From assembly GCA_965112735.1 (NCBI GenBank), contig OZ218952.1:1984001-2048000 (forward strand): DNA of 64,000 bases, read 5' to 3'. Positions 39,219 to 51,251 of the stretch are shown piece after piece; the stretch's first letter is position 1, and each line of letters starts with the position of its first letter. The position numbers were made by a program, and so were the translations under genes. The notes below the pieces were generated by a model, which worked only from the letters and a program-made list of their open reading frames with translations, was not told the DNA's origin and ran no database searches. The stretch is from Phaeosaccion multiseriatum (taxonomy: Eukaryota > Protista > Ochrophyta, other classes).

Positions 39219-40637
39219 ATGATGAAGAAGAAGCCCTCTTCTTGTGCTTCAGAGGGGAGCTCAGGAGGCCCCGCTACCGAGGCAGCAGATTGGGATGGAA
39301 TGGAGGTGCTGACCCTCATTGTTGCAAACGTGGGCTTCTTCAAGAGTCTGTGGGGCTTGTGCAGAGAGGTGGATGCAGACGTGGGATCTATGGGGAGGCG
39401 AGTTCTTCTACACTGCGATGTGCCTAAAGCGGTCCAGCAGAGAATGCTGAATATGCTCGAGCACCAGCAGCGGCTTGAGGTTGGGCCATCGGGGGAAGGA
39501 GGAGCATCCTCCGCTGCTGAGGATGGACAAAGACCATGCGGCCAAGAGGAGCAGCAGCGGGCCCAGCAGCGTGGAGAGGGAGGAGGGGAGATCCCCAACA
39601 AAAGGCATTTTCGGGTCAGCGCTGTCACGCTGGGGATTACCAACCCGCCGTACTCTCAATTTGACGATAAACCGGCGGACATTGCCCTTGTCAAGGAAGC
39701 GCTGAGATTGCTCCCTCCCTCGGTGAAGCACGTTCGCTTGGGAGATGGTTTCAGCTGTCGTGGCCTGCGTCTTCCTGACGGGCTGGAGAGTGTACATTTT
39801 GGGAGAGATTTTTCCGAAGAGGTCACACTTCCGCACGCCTTGAGAGAGTTGAGCTTTGATCCTGAGTCCATTTACGACCATCCTTTGGACCTCCCCCCAT
39901 CGCTGCGGAAGATCACGCTTGGGCCCTGGTTTGACCATGACCTGACTCTTCCCAGCTCTCTTGAAGAGCTGAAGTTTGGCGGCGATACGAGTTGCTTCAA
40001 TCGTCTATTGAACCTGCCTGCCTCACTTCGGACTCTGCACCTGGGACGGTACTACAGGCTGCCCCTATCGGATCTGCCGGACGGGCTGAAGGAGCTGAAA
40101 TTTCCCTATTGGTCGGGCTTTAATCATCCGTTGATCCTGCCTCCCTCTCTTCGGACTCTTCACCTGGGATCGTACTACAGGCTACCCCTATCGGATCTGC
40201 CGGACGGGCTGGAGGAGCTGGAATTTCCCTATAGGTCGAGGTTTAATCATCCGTTGATCCTGCCTGCCTCTCTTCGGACTCTAAAGCTGGGAAGGGAGTA
40301 TGAACAGCCCCTATCGGATCTGCCGGACGGGCTGGAGGAGCTGGCGTTTCCCGAAGATTCGAGTTTTTATCATCCGTTAACCGTGCCTGCCTCTCTTCGG
40401 ACTCTAAAGCTGGGGAGGGGCTACATGGAGCCGCTCCCAGATCTGCCTGCAGGTCTGAAGCGACTCGTGGTTTGGGCGGGAACCGAGGCCCCTGATCAGC
40501 TGCCCGAGGGCCTTGAAGTGGAGATACTTGATTTTGAAGGGAATTGGGATGATGATGATGATGATGATGATGACGAGGAGGACGAGGAGGGGGAGGATCG
40601 GCCCTGGACAAGATTATCTGATTTCCCTGATTACTGA
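39219..40637 (+). CDS. Intronless FNIP-type leucine-rich repeat protein
   Basis: Repeated FNHPLILP.SLRTL.LG..Y..PL.DLPDGL.EL.F units; 123-bp DNA period (40026, 40149, 40272, 40395). Last 13 codons come from MITE-B. Confidence 0.85.
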   Translation: MMKKKPSSCASEGSSGGPATEAADWDGMEVLTLIVANVGFFKSLWGLCREVDADVGSMGRRVLLHCDVPKAVQQRMLNMLEHQQRLEVGPSGEGGASSAAEDGQRPCGQEEQQRAQQRGEGGGEIPNKRHFRVSAVTLGITNPPYSQFDDKPADIALVKEALRLLPPSVKHVRLGDGFSCRGLRLPDGLESVHFGRDFSEEVTLPHALRELSFDPESIYDHPLDLPPSLRKITLGPWFDHDLTLPSSLEELKFGGDTSCFNRLLNLPASLRTLHLGRYYRLPLSDLPDGLKELKFPYWSGFNHPLILPPSLRTLHLGSYYRLPLSDLPDGLEELEFPYRSRFNHPLILPASLRTLKLGREYEQPLSDLPDGLEELAFPEDSSFYHPLTVPASLRTLKLGRGYMEPLPDLPAGLKRLVVWAGTEAPDQLPEGLEVEILDFEGNWDDDDDDDDDEEDEEGEDRPWTRLSDFPDY

Positions 40638-40821
40638 TTATGACCGGCGCCAGCCGGCCTGATTACTGATTATGGCGCCAGCCCGAGGAAATGGCCGGTG
40701 CCAGCCAGCCTGGTTGCTGATTACAGCCGGTGACCAGCCGGCCTGATTACTGATTATGGCGCCAGCCGGGGCCTGATTACTGATTACGGCCGGCGCACAC
40801 CGTAATCTTGTCCAGGGCCGA
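40598..40821. mobile_element. MITE-B: 19-bp TIRs, 6-bp TSD GGAGGA
   Basis: TCGGCCCTGGACAAGATTA...TAATCTTGTCCAGGGCCGA; GGAGGA at 40592-40597 and 40822-40827; internal TGATTACTGATTA repeats. Confidence 0.92.
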
Positions 40822-41067
40822 GGAGGAGGAGGAGGAGGAGGAGGAGGAGGAGGAGGAGGAGGAGGAGGAGGAGGAGGAGGAGGAGGAGTATTCTTAAGGC
40901 GACGCGGACGCAGCACACTGATGATGATGAAGGAGGAGGACGGCGGGAGGGCGGGGGAAGAGTATAAGGCCGAAGCAGAGACGGTCATGATTGCAAGACG
41001 GACGAGTTGAGGAGATGAGATGTAGCTACCCAGGTTGATTACGGTGACTGTCTTGCTTGTGGACCGG

Positions 41068-41240
41068 CGCTTCGGCGTGATGGTGACAAGCATGCACCTG
41101 TCCGATCTGGAGAGCACTGCCCTACAGCTGTGTGTGCAGAGGTCGGATCCGTCCATGGCCGCCGCTCTTGAGGTGTTCTGTCTGGAGAAGGACGAGACCG
41201 ACTTTAAGGACACTCTCCGGCGGCCGGCCCTCTTCCTCCT
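41068..41240 (+). pseudogene. Isolated protein-like helical fragment
   Basis: MHLSDLESTALQLCVQRSDPSMAAALEVFCLEKDETDFKDTLRR has coding-like codon usage but no convincing gene structure. Confidence 0.3.
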
Positions 41241-41554
41241 GGCGGGGAGCGCCGCTTTCAGGAGGAGGAGGAGGAGGAGGAGGAGGAGGAGGAGCAGAAG
41301 GAGCGGCATCAGCAGGCTACGAAGAGGAGGACGACGAGGAGGAGGGAGGCAGAGCACGAAAGTTTTTGAGTCTTCAGACTCTTGCTTTTTCTTGTATTTT
41401 TAAAACTGAAAACTGAAAACTTGTTTCCTACAGGGCGAGGCTCTCCTGCTACGTCCTTCCCGTCCCTTCTCGACACATCCATCCTGGTTCGTTCGTTCCC
41501 TCCCTTCTTCCGCTCCTTCCTATCTGTCTTTATTCCTTTGCTTCCATACCCTCC

Positions 41555-41916
41555 TCAGCAAAGGGGCACTTCGGTCACCCCTGCCTCGGGAAGCGGCTCT
41601 CCGCCTCCGTTCTTGACCGCAGGCCGACCAGGGCGGGGTGTGGACGCCTCGACTTCGGTAACCATTCCCGGGGACAATGGCTGGGTGGTCAGCGCGGGCG
41701 GGCGGGAAGCCCTGATTCTACTCCAGATATCGCGCTGCTGCTGCGGCATCTGAATTGCTAACTGCGGCGCCTGAGGAGGCGCGGCGGTGGACTCATTAGT
41801 AGCCCTGCCAAGGATTTGCCGCTTGCGCCTCTCTTCCCGTGCGTCGAAGCGATGCAGGGCCAGGAGAGTCAGGCACGCGTCTGCAATGATGAGGCCGAAG
41901 CGAAGGTCCCATGTGA

Positions 41917-41955
<39 letters not shown>

Positions 41956-44517
41956 CCATTGGGACATCAACATCGCGCGGCGCCGATGGAGTAGGAGGAG
42001 GAGAGGTCAGTAAGTAGGAAGTAAGGAAATAGTAAGAAATCAGTAAGTCAGTCAATATGAAGGACAGGCATCAAAAGCCCAATTCTGTCACGACATCGAC
42101 GCGCAATACATGAGCAAGTTTGTCTGTCCGCCTGCCTACCCGCCTGTCTGTCTGCTTCCCTCCGTCCCTTTCTCTCCCCCTCCCCCCTCCCCCCCCTCTC
42201 CCTCCCTCTCATACGGCGTACCATGATGAAATGCCTGGAGGTTGCCGTTTCGTTGACCTCGTCAAGCACGGCGGTGGTGCCTGCGAAGACGAGGATGACG
42301 GTGGAGATGGCCGCCAGCCACGTGTGGTAGTAGATGATCCTGCTGTTGCGTACACACTGCATGCATGGGATATGTGTTGCGTGCGTGTGTGTGTGTGTGT
42401 GAGACAGATAGACAGACAGCAAGAGAGAGAGATCGAGAGAGCGCGTGAACCCCGTCCCGCCGACACACGTGCGAGTGACAGGAGAGAGCCTTTACCCCCC
42501 TCCCCCAAGCACCACAGGGTAGGGTAAGTGGGGTTGGGCTAGCGCACACCCAACCAAGCCAAGCCAACACAGCCAAGGCTCAGGCTAGGAGCGGTGGAGA
42601 GTAGCGCGCCCACGCACACACGCACCTGTATGAGGGCGTCCCGTCTGGCGATGATGAGGTCCAGCAGCAAGAGCACCATGACAATGGCCACTGCCGTGCC
42701 CACAACTGAGAAAGACAGGTTGACCCAGTTGCTGGCCCGGGTGGACTTTCTGTTGGTCACCTGTACAAGAGCCAGAGCGCAACGAGCAGAAGGAAAGAGC
42801 GCCCGCGAGTAGTAGCAGCAGGCCGAGGATCGATGATGCGCCGTGGGAGGGAGAAGACAAACGGAGGGAGGAGACGAACAACCCCCCCCCCCCTTCCCTT
42901 GTTGTGTCCTTAACGCGGCAGTGGTGTGCGTAGCTTCCTTTGCAGAGGGCTCAAGCGAGAGAGACAAACACAACAAGCCAAATACTCACACGAGCTCAGC
43001 CCAAACTCGCCCACTCCATCTACCATTGTACTTACCCAGAAGTAGTTGCCCGTCCTGAGCAGAGTGTTCCAGAACACAGCAGAGGCTGTGGCCACGACAA
43101 AGGCAATCATGCACGACGCAAAGATGGTGTGCTGAGAGAGAGAGAGAGAGAGGAGAGGACATGCATTGGAGAGAGGGGTGCGAGCGAGCGGTGGTCAGAG
43201 AGAGGAAGGGCCGCAGACAGTGAAGCACAAGAGATATTCTGCCGTAGGAGAGGGCGGAGCCTCTCTCTCTCTCTCTCTCTCTCTCTCGACAGCCCACGTG
43301 TAGTCGAGCAGAGAGAACGAAGCGAGAAAGGGAAAGTCGCGGCCCTTTCCATATGCATTGTCTTCCTGTCCTTCGCTGCATGCTGTGTGTCTGTCGACTT
43401 GCTCACCCCTGACCCCTGACGCCTCACACCCCACCGCGTGGATGTGCACACTATAATACGACGAAGTACACACACATGCCGAACTGGTTCTTACATTGTT
43501 GGCCATTGTCGAGACTCGTCGGGACTTCTCAAAAGCTCGCACCACGCGAGAGAGGTTGATGAAGATGCACAGAGAGCTCAGCGGAATGAGGCACACGGAG
43601 ATGATTTCGATGAACTTGAGAAAGTAGATGAACATCTCCACCTCACGCTGAACCCAGCAGTTGATGACTAGCAGACTCATTATCAACTGCGACAGGGGGT
43701 ACATGAGCCCACTGTTCGTGGTGTGTTGTGGAGGAGAGGAGAGGGTGTGTGTCGTTGAACGGACGTTTAGAAAAGGCACAGCAGAGCCAACACACACATA
43801 TACATACACACACACACACACACAAGAAATGGCGCACGACAAGACCACCGCCAAGCAGCAAGGAGTAAGAGAGCACGAGGGAAGAGGGGAGAGGGACGAG
43901 TGAGTCGACGGGCGCGAAAGGGAGGACGTGAGGAAAGATGAGAGAGAGCAAAAGAGGTGGGCCACGCCTCTGTAGGAGACATTTTCGGCAACGAGTGAAC
44001 TGGCTTGAGAGTCTAACGCCTCCGCTCGGGCACTTTGCTTGCTCTGCTCGCTCCGCCTCTGCCCACCTCGCCTGACTTACCTAATCCAATTGAAAAAGAG
44101 AAGAGGAGAGCTCATGATGTAGTCTCTGCTCCAGCGAGAAGCGAGGCTCATGGAGATGAGGACAGCAATGATACGGAGAGTGCTTGCCAGCTTCTCTCCG
44201 CGCTGCATGCCCACATGCGCCCTGAAGGGAAGAGAGAGAGAGAGATTGAGAGAAAGATTGAGGGAGAGCAGAGATGGAAGAAAATCCCCCCCCCCCCCCT
44301 TGCCTTGCCTGCCTTCGGAGTGGTGGAAGTCTGACCAAACATCTCCAACTACCGACACTAACTAACCACATTCTACTGCGTCCATGCAGAGCCTGACCCT
44401 AATACACACTCCTCTTCCCAGCCTTTTCTTTGCCCCTTGCCCCTTGCCATCCTCGCGTCCTCACATGTCGGTGTCACTGCAGTACCCCTCCAAGTTGTCA
44501 TTAGGCGCCACCGTCAT
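41555..44517 (-). CDS. Multi-pass (possibly 7TM) membrane protein of unknown function
   Basis: Hydrophobic minus-strand exons near 44080-44210, 43500-43710, 43037-43130, 42627-42760, 42220-42360 and 41555-41918 with GT-AG ends. Putative ATG at 44517. Confidence 0.65.
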
Positions 44518-45389
44518 GATAGCTGCGCCGCGGTTCTTCGCGCGGGCACCCCCCCCCTTTGTAGGTCCTTCCCACGATCAGCCTCGTCTCTTGTAAAGAG
44601 ACGTCCAATCTGCTCGGCCCCCCTCCAACCCGCCGAGCCGCCTTGGCACCCTGCTGAGGGAGTTGAGGCGAGGGAGTTGCGGCCTACGTGCTCCAGTCTC
44701 GCCGCAACTTCTCCACCTAGTACCGGGAAGCAGCGGTGTGGGACGCGCGCTGAGGTGACAATGAAAAGAAAGGAGAGAGGAAGGGTGAGAGAAAACAAGG
44801 GTGCATGAAGGGCATGACAGGTGAGAGGGATACGTGGAGGGGGGGGGGGGAAGGGGGGGAGTTTGGTGCTGCTATTGGAAGACGGGGCCAGGTGTGCAAC
44901 GTGGGGACGCACATGAGTATAAACCTTCTTCTCCCTTCCCTCCTTCAGGTGGTATGCGTGGTGAGAGGGACAACAGCTCCCCTGCCTGATCGATGCACCG
45001 AACCAGGTTGGGGAGAGGTGCATGTTCCGAAAATTTAAAACCACAACCCACGCCGCCTCTCCAGCAGAGACGGACACTCCCACTTCTCACCTTCTTGGGA
45101 CGGATGGTGCTGGTTAGGGTTGCACGTGAGGGAGGGAAGGGGGTGGAGGACAAACTATTCACTCACTTTTGCATGGGTGGTCCGATTGGTCCTTCCGATG
45201 GGATCGATGGGGCCCGGATTTGGAAGGGGCGTTGGCTATGAAACTTGAATTGAAATTGGAAAGGCGGAATCGCATCGTTGGGCGGGAACAAGAAAGGCTC
45301 TTCACCGGCCAGAAAAGCCTCCTCGTGACCGCGGGTGCGTGCGTGGGGTAGGCATGTATCAGCCCCATGCACGCCTTGCTCTTCTAATG

Positions 45390-45470
45390 CTCTACCGCTA
45401 GGCCGCTCGGCCTTCGGCCGATCTAGGCCTAGGCCGGCGGCCTCCGGCCGCTCTAGGCAGCCTCCCAGTG
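45390..45470. repeat. CTAGG/GGCC palindromic dispersed repeat, copy 2
   Basis: Inverted similarity to 12700-12765. Confidence 0.6.
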
Positions 45471-45555
45471 ACCGTGGGCGCGGGCGTGGTGCCGCCCAGC
45501 CAGTGGGTAGCAGCACACCTGTGGGCCTGCACTCCTCGTAGGGCCAGCGAGGCTC

Positions 45556-45608
45556 CTGTTAATACACTATCGCCCACATTCTGGATAGTCGATAGCGCAG
45601 GGGGATGA
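45556..45608. mobile_element. Degenerate relic of a MITE-C end
   Basis: ATACACTATCGCCCACATTCT is identical to the left end of MITE-C (54537-54557). Confidence 0.6.
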
Positions 45609-45790
45609 AATGCTCTTCTGAAGTCAAGGAAAATAGGGCTCGACATGTAAAGTCGACCATGTGCGAAGTGGTGAAAAGAGTGGAGAGAGAAAAAAATACA
45701 CGGCGCATCGGACAACGCTCACGCTAAGGAGGGGCGTGACCGAGAGAACCACTACCCCTTGTAGTGAGGGCCCTCACATTAAGGGAGAAG

Positions 45791-46623
45791 ATGCCTTTCT
45801 ACCAGCAAATCATCACGTTAAAGCCTCACACCAAGGCCGAAGAATTGACGCGCATCTTCCGGCGCCTCTCACAGGCCATTGTTCGCACCGGAGGCGTGGT
45901 GCGGGTGGTGGAGAACCACGGGCTACGGCACTTGCCATACCGCTTCCATGCAGGGGCCGCCTCGCTGGGGGAGACTACTCGATGGTACAAGCAGGGGCGC
46001 TGGGTCAGCATGTACTTCGATGCTAATCCAGCCGTGCACAAGGGCCTTAAGCGCCTGCTGATGGTGGAGGAGAGGTGCGTGGGGGTGAGGGAAGAGACTC
46101 TCTTGACGAGAAGATGAAATGACGATGGCGGCAGGGGGTGGAGAAGCAGCCAGCAAATTGATGGAGTAAAAGCCTCGCCTCTTTTCTTGGCTGTACTCCG
46201 AGGCTGGCTCTGTCCTTTTGCTCATTCTTCCTGAACTGCGGGGTTTTCCGTCTTCCCTCTCCCTCCCCTCTGCCTGCCACCCCCCCTCCCTCCCCTGCGC
46301 ACAGCGTCCTTCGTTCCAACGTGCTAAAGCCCCAAGTGAAGATGGAACGAATCACCACCAAGCACAAGAGCAACCCTTGGCTGCCAAACTTCGACCCAGA
46401 GGCAGAGGCAGCAGCTCGGGAGGAGGAGTTCAGAAAGAAGTACTCCCCCTCGGGAGGAGGCCTGGGGTCGTATACTAGCAAGGGGGGGCTAGATGGGCTG
46501 CTAGGAGGAGGAGGAGGAGTGGGCATGGGTATTGGGGGCACAGGCGCGGATGCCTCTGCTGCAGAGGCGCTTACGACAAGTAAAGGGTTCTCGAAACCCA
46601 TTCTGCCACCACCGGTTTGGTAG
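45791..46623 (+). CDS. MRPS6: Mitochondrial ribosomal protein S6 (bS6m)
   Basis: MPFYQ...GGVVRVVENHGLRHLPYRF...GRWVSMYFDANP...VLR; exons 45791-46074 and 46305-46623. Confidence 0.9.
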
Positions 46624-47309
46624 GCACGCTGGGGCAGTTAGGTAGTGGGTAGGCAGGGCAGAGCGTTTGTGACGGAGAGAGAGAGATATATATATATAGA
46701 GAGAGAGAGAGACGGAATGAGATGTAGACGACAAAGCAAGCAAGAAGCGAAGCATCAGGAGGGCCTGGCTGGCTGTTGCTTTGCTATTATTGTACATACA
46801 CACTTTGAAAGAACTCTTTCCACCTTCAAGACCCTGCGTCTCCGGGCTTGGCTGTTTGCGTACATGCTTCCCCCTGCTATTCCAAGTCGCCGTGTCTTGC
46901 TCCGACGCTCACCAACCCACCGGACACACACACACACACACACACATGCACACGAACCTACCTTCTCTTCCCATGTGCTCTAGGCTCTAGGCACAGTCGG
47001 GGGCCATCCGTTGCCGCCTCCGTGACAACAAGCAGCTCTGTTTTATCCCTGCGACGTCCCCAGCGTACTTTTGCTCACATACATATATCATGTTGTTCTT
47101 GTTTCCACCCACCCACAACCCACGACAACCCCCTCTGGAGTGTTGCAAGGCGAGCCATGGAAGGATGGCAGCCGACGGGCATATGCTCCCTGAGGGCAGT
47201 CCTCCCCCCCCCTCTTGGGTATAGTGTAGACAAAGTCCACAGAGGTGACTTCTGTTGTTGCTGCTTCGCTGGGGCGGAGCAGGACAGTGAAGGTGTAATG
47301 TACTTAGTA

Positions 47310-47411
47310 TTACGTAGTTGTGTGTGTCTCATCTTATTTCTTCCTCCTATGTAACAGTATTATAGGTGTGTGTGTCTCATCTTATTTCTTCCTCCTATGT
47401 AACAGTATTAT
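47310..47411. repeat. Short direct duplication (~45 bp)
   Basis: TGTGTGTCTCATCTTATTTCTTCCTCCTATGTAACAGTATTATA occurs twice. Confidence 0.9.
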
Positions 47412-47908
47412 ACGGGAGACGAACGACGAGTGGGAAAGATTGAGAGAAACCCACGCATCGTAGTGGGTAGTAGGTAGGCAGACATACAGCCAGTGCTCCA
47501 GTACCGCCGGGGCAGGGGAGTGCAGGGCAGACAAAAAAAGAAAGGGCCACTACGTCAGTACGGCGCCAGAGTTTACAACACAAAAAGAGCACACACTCAC
47601 TCGGCAGCGGGCCAACGCACACAACTCAACTATCGAAGCTACTTGTGACAGAACAAGAATACACTGCTAAGCCTTCTCTTACGGGGAAAAGCAGTCTCGG
47701 GGGGTGGGGGGGGGGGCAGGAAAGCGCAGAGCGGCAGTGTAGGTAGAGGAAGCAGCAGTACACATGCCACCTATCCCGAACACAGACAGCACTGATGGAA
47801 GGCTTCCTCCTCCCTGCCCCCTCTTAGCGCTGATGCCAGCATCGCCCGTCTAAGAGTGGCGGGGGTAGGTGTAGGCGTGAAGCACACACCCCCTACTCCG
47901 TGACTGCT

Positions 47909-50900
47909 TCACTCCGCCTGCGCCGGCTTGCAGGCTGGCAACACCGAGATGGAACCGCTTCGCTTCTTGTCCACTGCCATAGAGCCCGAGCGGCTCCTGC
48001 TGCCGCCGTTGTTGCTGCCGCTGTCACTGCCACTGCTGGCCGGGGGGGGGGTTGCTCGATTGCTGGCGTCGCCAAAGGGCCGCCTCGCCGCCTTCAGCTC
48101 CCCCTCCTCCTTGTCCTCCTTGTCCTCCTGCTCCTGCTGCTGCGGCTGCTCCTCCTGCTGCTGCTGCTGCTCCTTCACCAGACTGTCAAGAATATCTTCG
48201 TAACTGTCTTCGTCGTTGTCGTCGGCGCCACTGTCCTCGCCGTCGCTGTTGCTGGTCGTTGTTGATGCAGTTTGACCCAATGCCGCCGGGCTGTGGCTGG
48301 GCTTCTTCTTCTCTCCCATTTCCAGTCTCTCCTGAAGCCGCTGCAGGGCTTCCTTGGCCTCTTGGCTCTCATCGTCCTTTCGGACAGCGTCTGCGTAGGC
48401 CTCAAGAGCGAGGCTGTAGAGAGAGGAAGGAAGGAAGGGAGGGAGGGAGGACAGGCAAGCATCGTATCAAGTCAGGGGGGAAGGGAGGGGGAGAGAGAGA
48501 GAGGCAAAATACTTTAGGCAGAGCGGAAAGTCCCGAGCCTTGCACGTTGGACGGTGAAAACATTGTGACGTTGTCACTCCCTCTCTGCTCCATCAAGGAA
48601 GAAAGGGCGGAGGTGATTGGGAGGTGAGAGAGACCGAAAGAGCGAGAAAAAAAAAGAAGCAAACAAGCCCAGCCCACCCCTGTCCCAACTGCTCCACGAA
48701 CCGAACTCTGGCCACTTCCCCACTACCACTTCAAACCACCAACCTACCGACACTACCAACACAGCACAAATCTGATCCATCAAACACTGACTACTGAGCA
48801 CTAGACTGACTGAGCCGTCCCGAGTGCTCCACGATCGCAACCACTGAAGCATTAACCTCCACCGTTCCGATTGCTCTACTGACACTGACCCCCGAGTAGA
48901 AACCTACGAAACACTCACCACTCCCCACTCGACGTGAGCTGTCACGACTGCTCCACTACCATTACCACACTAACCCACGAACATGCGCTGTCCCCACTAA
49001 CCCACTACCATAGTCCAGTAGGAAGCGGCTAACCTGAGCTGTCCCGACTGCTCCAGGCACACCCCGAGATTGAAGAACGCCTCCGCGCAGTCCGGCGACA
49101 CCGTCAAAACGTTGCGATAGGCACACGCCGCCTCCTCGAACCACTCAATGTCCTGCAGAAGGTCCCCCATGCACGTTAGGGCAAGCACATTGTTGCGCTC
49201 CAGAGCCAGGGCCTTTTTGTACACTTGGATGGCTGCGTCGGTCTGCAGCGAGGGCATGGGGGAGGGGTACGTGGGGTGGGGTTGGGTCGAGTTCAGCAAG
49301 AGCAGGGCACTTTCGCCGGGCGGTTTCGCAATAGCGAATGCGCTCAGCTCGTTCGTTTTGCACCGCCTTCGACCTCCTCCTGAGACGTACACGCACACAC
49401 ACTCCTCGATCTAATAATACCTTTAGCCCCCCACCCCTTCCCTCTGAGCCCACCTACCCACCCACCCACTGGCTTTCTGTAACCACCCACCCACCTGGCC
49501 CAGCTCCTTTAGCACAAGTCCGAGGCTGATGAAGGTGTCCGTGTCCTTCTCGTCCAGCTGCAGGCCAGCACCATCATCAGCAGCAGGGGTCGGAAGGTGT
49601 GAAGCGACTAAAGAGATGGACTGCAAACGCACACACGCAGGCTCACTGAATCACACGGGCACGTACACACACGCACACACTCTCCCCCGCCTTTGAAGGG
49701 TTGTGGCGAGTATAGAGATGGCCTGTAACACACAAACATAATCACACACACACACACACACGCACACACAACACACACATGCACACTTATCATACGCTCT
49801 CACACACACCATGGCCGCCGAGCGGAAGTGGCGCACCGCCTCCTGCAGCCTGCCCTGCGTCTGCCGCACGTAAGCGAGGTTGTAGTGCGCAGTCGCCACC
49901 TCCGGGTTGATGAGCAGCACCCGCTCGTAGGCCGTGGCTGCCTTGTCCAGCTGCCCCATTTCCTGCAGCTGTTGGTAATACGTTGGTCAGTATAGATAGG
50001 CAGGCAGGGGGTGTGGTGTACAGTATCAAGTCAGTCAAAGGTATGGGGACGAGGAGAGGAGGATGACGGGTGTGTGCAGAACACTTACTTCTTCAGAGTT
50101 GGGTGGGTGAGTGGGTGCACGGGCAGGGCAAGGGCATCATTCGGCAGATCAAACACGAGACGCTTCATTGACAAAGCGACGCATATGTGGTGGAAGACGC
50201 CGCCGGCTGACGTCGGGAAATCCCACCCACACATGCACTGCACGACTCACCGCTATGCCCATGTTGAAGCGAGAGGCCGTGAAAGAGGGGTCGTGCCCGA
50301 GTGCCTGGGCGTAGCTCTCCACGGCAGCCTCGAAGCACTGTGCATCCTGTTGTGCCTTTCCCACAGCATGGCACTCACGAGCCAAGCTGAAGGCGTCCTG
50401 CGGGAGAGGACAAGTCGGCTGATGAGCATGTGTGGGGATGTCATGTGGGGTGTGTCAAGAAGAACATTTTCGACCCTTCGTAGGTAAGAGAGGTGGGTGA
50501 AGGTTGGGATACAGAGCTCTACCAAGCCCGTAAGCACTCAGGCCGCGCTACTGTTGCTATCGTGCTCCCCACACCCTCTACTGTTCCTCCCCCCTTACTT
50601 TCCAAGGCAAAACCACAAAAGACACAGCAACAGCAGCTTCGAGGCCAGCTACAAGCGAAGCGCTGAGTTCAGGACGAGGAAGGCTTCCACCTTCACCTCC
50701 TGCTGCTGTTTCGTCGCCTCTGCTGCGCTTCTTGCTCGTCTTTCTCGGCGAAAGGAAGGACACTTTCCCGCCGTTAGGAATTTAACACATTTTCCCTTGT
50801 GCAGTACAGCGCCCCTTACCTTCTCTCCGGACAGCTTCCGCCCGCCCGCAGTCCCATCGTGATAGCCACTGTTCGTAGGAAAGTCCTTGGTAGATCTCGG

Positions 50901-50945
50901 CGTATGCGTTGTTTGCGCCCCACAGCACTTATCGAAAAGCCCCAT
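47909..50945 (-). CDS. TPR-repeat protein with predicted N-terminal myristoylation/palmitoylation
   Basis: Starts MGLFDKCCG; TPR exons GQLDKAATAYERVLLINPEVATAHYNLA, AAIQVYKKALALE, AVESYAQALGHDP...FNMG; low-complexity last exon ending at 47909. Confidence 0.8.
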
Positions 50946-51251
50946 TGTTCTCCTTCACCTCGTCAGCAGCAAAAGGCGGTCCTTTTCGCAATCCCTTCCC
51001 TTGAAAGGAGTTGATGACAGCCCTGGCAGGTGGACGCTGGTATCTGCTCCTCCTTCTTGCTGTTCCTCTCGTTCCGCTCTCCTCTCCTCACGTCCTCTCC
51101 TCTTCTCTATTTGATCAACGATGAATGATCTCCTCGCCGGGGGGGTGGGATTGTTAAAGGTCGTGTTTCTCACTTGCATCAAAACGCCACTTTATTTTCT
51201 CCCTTTTGAGCTTTTAAGGTCGATAACAGATTGCTGTGCAGCGCAACCGGT

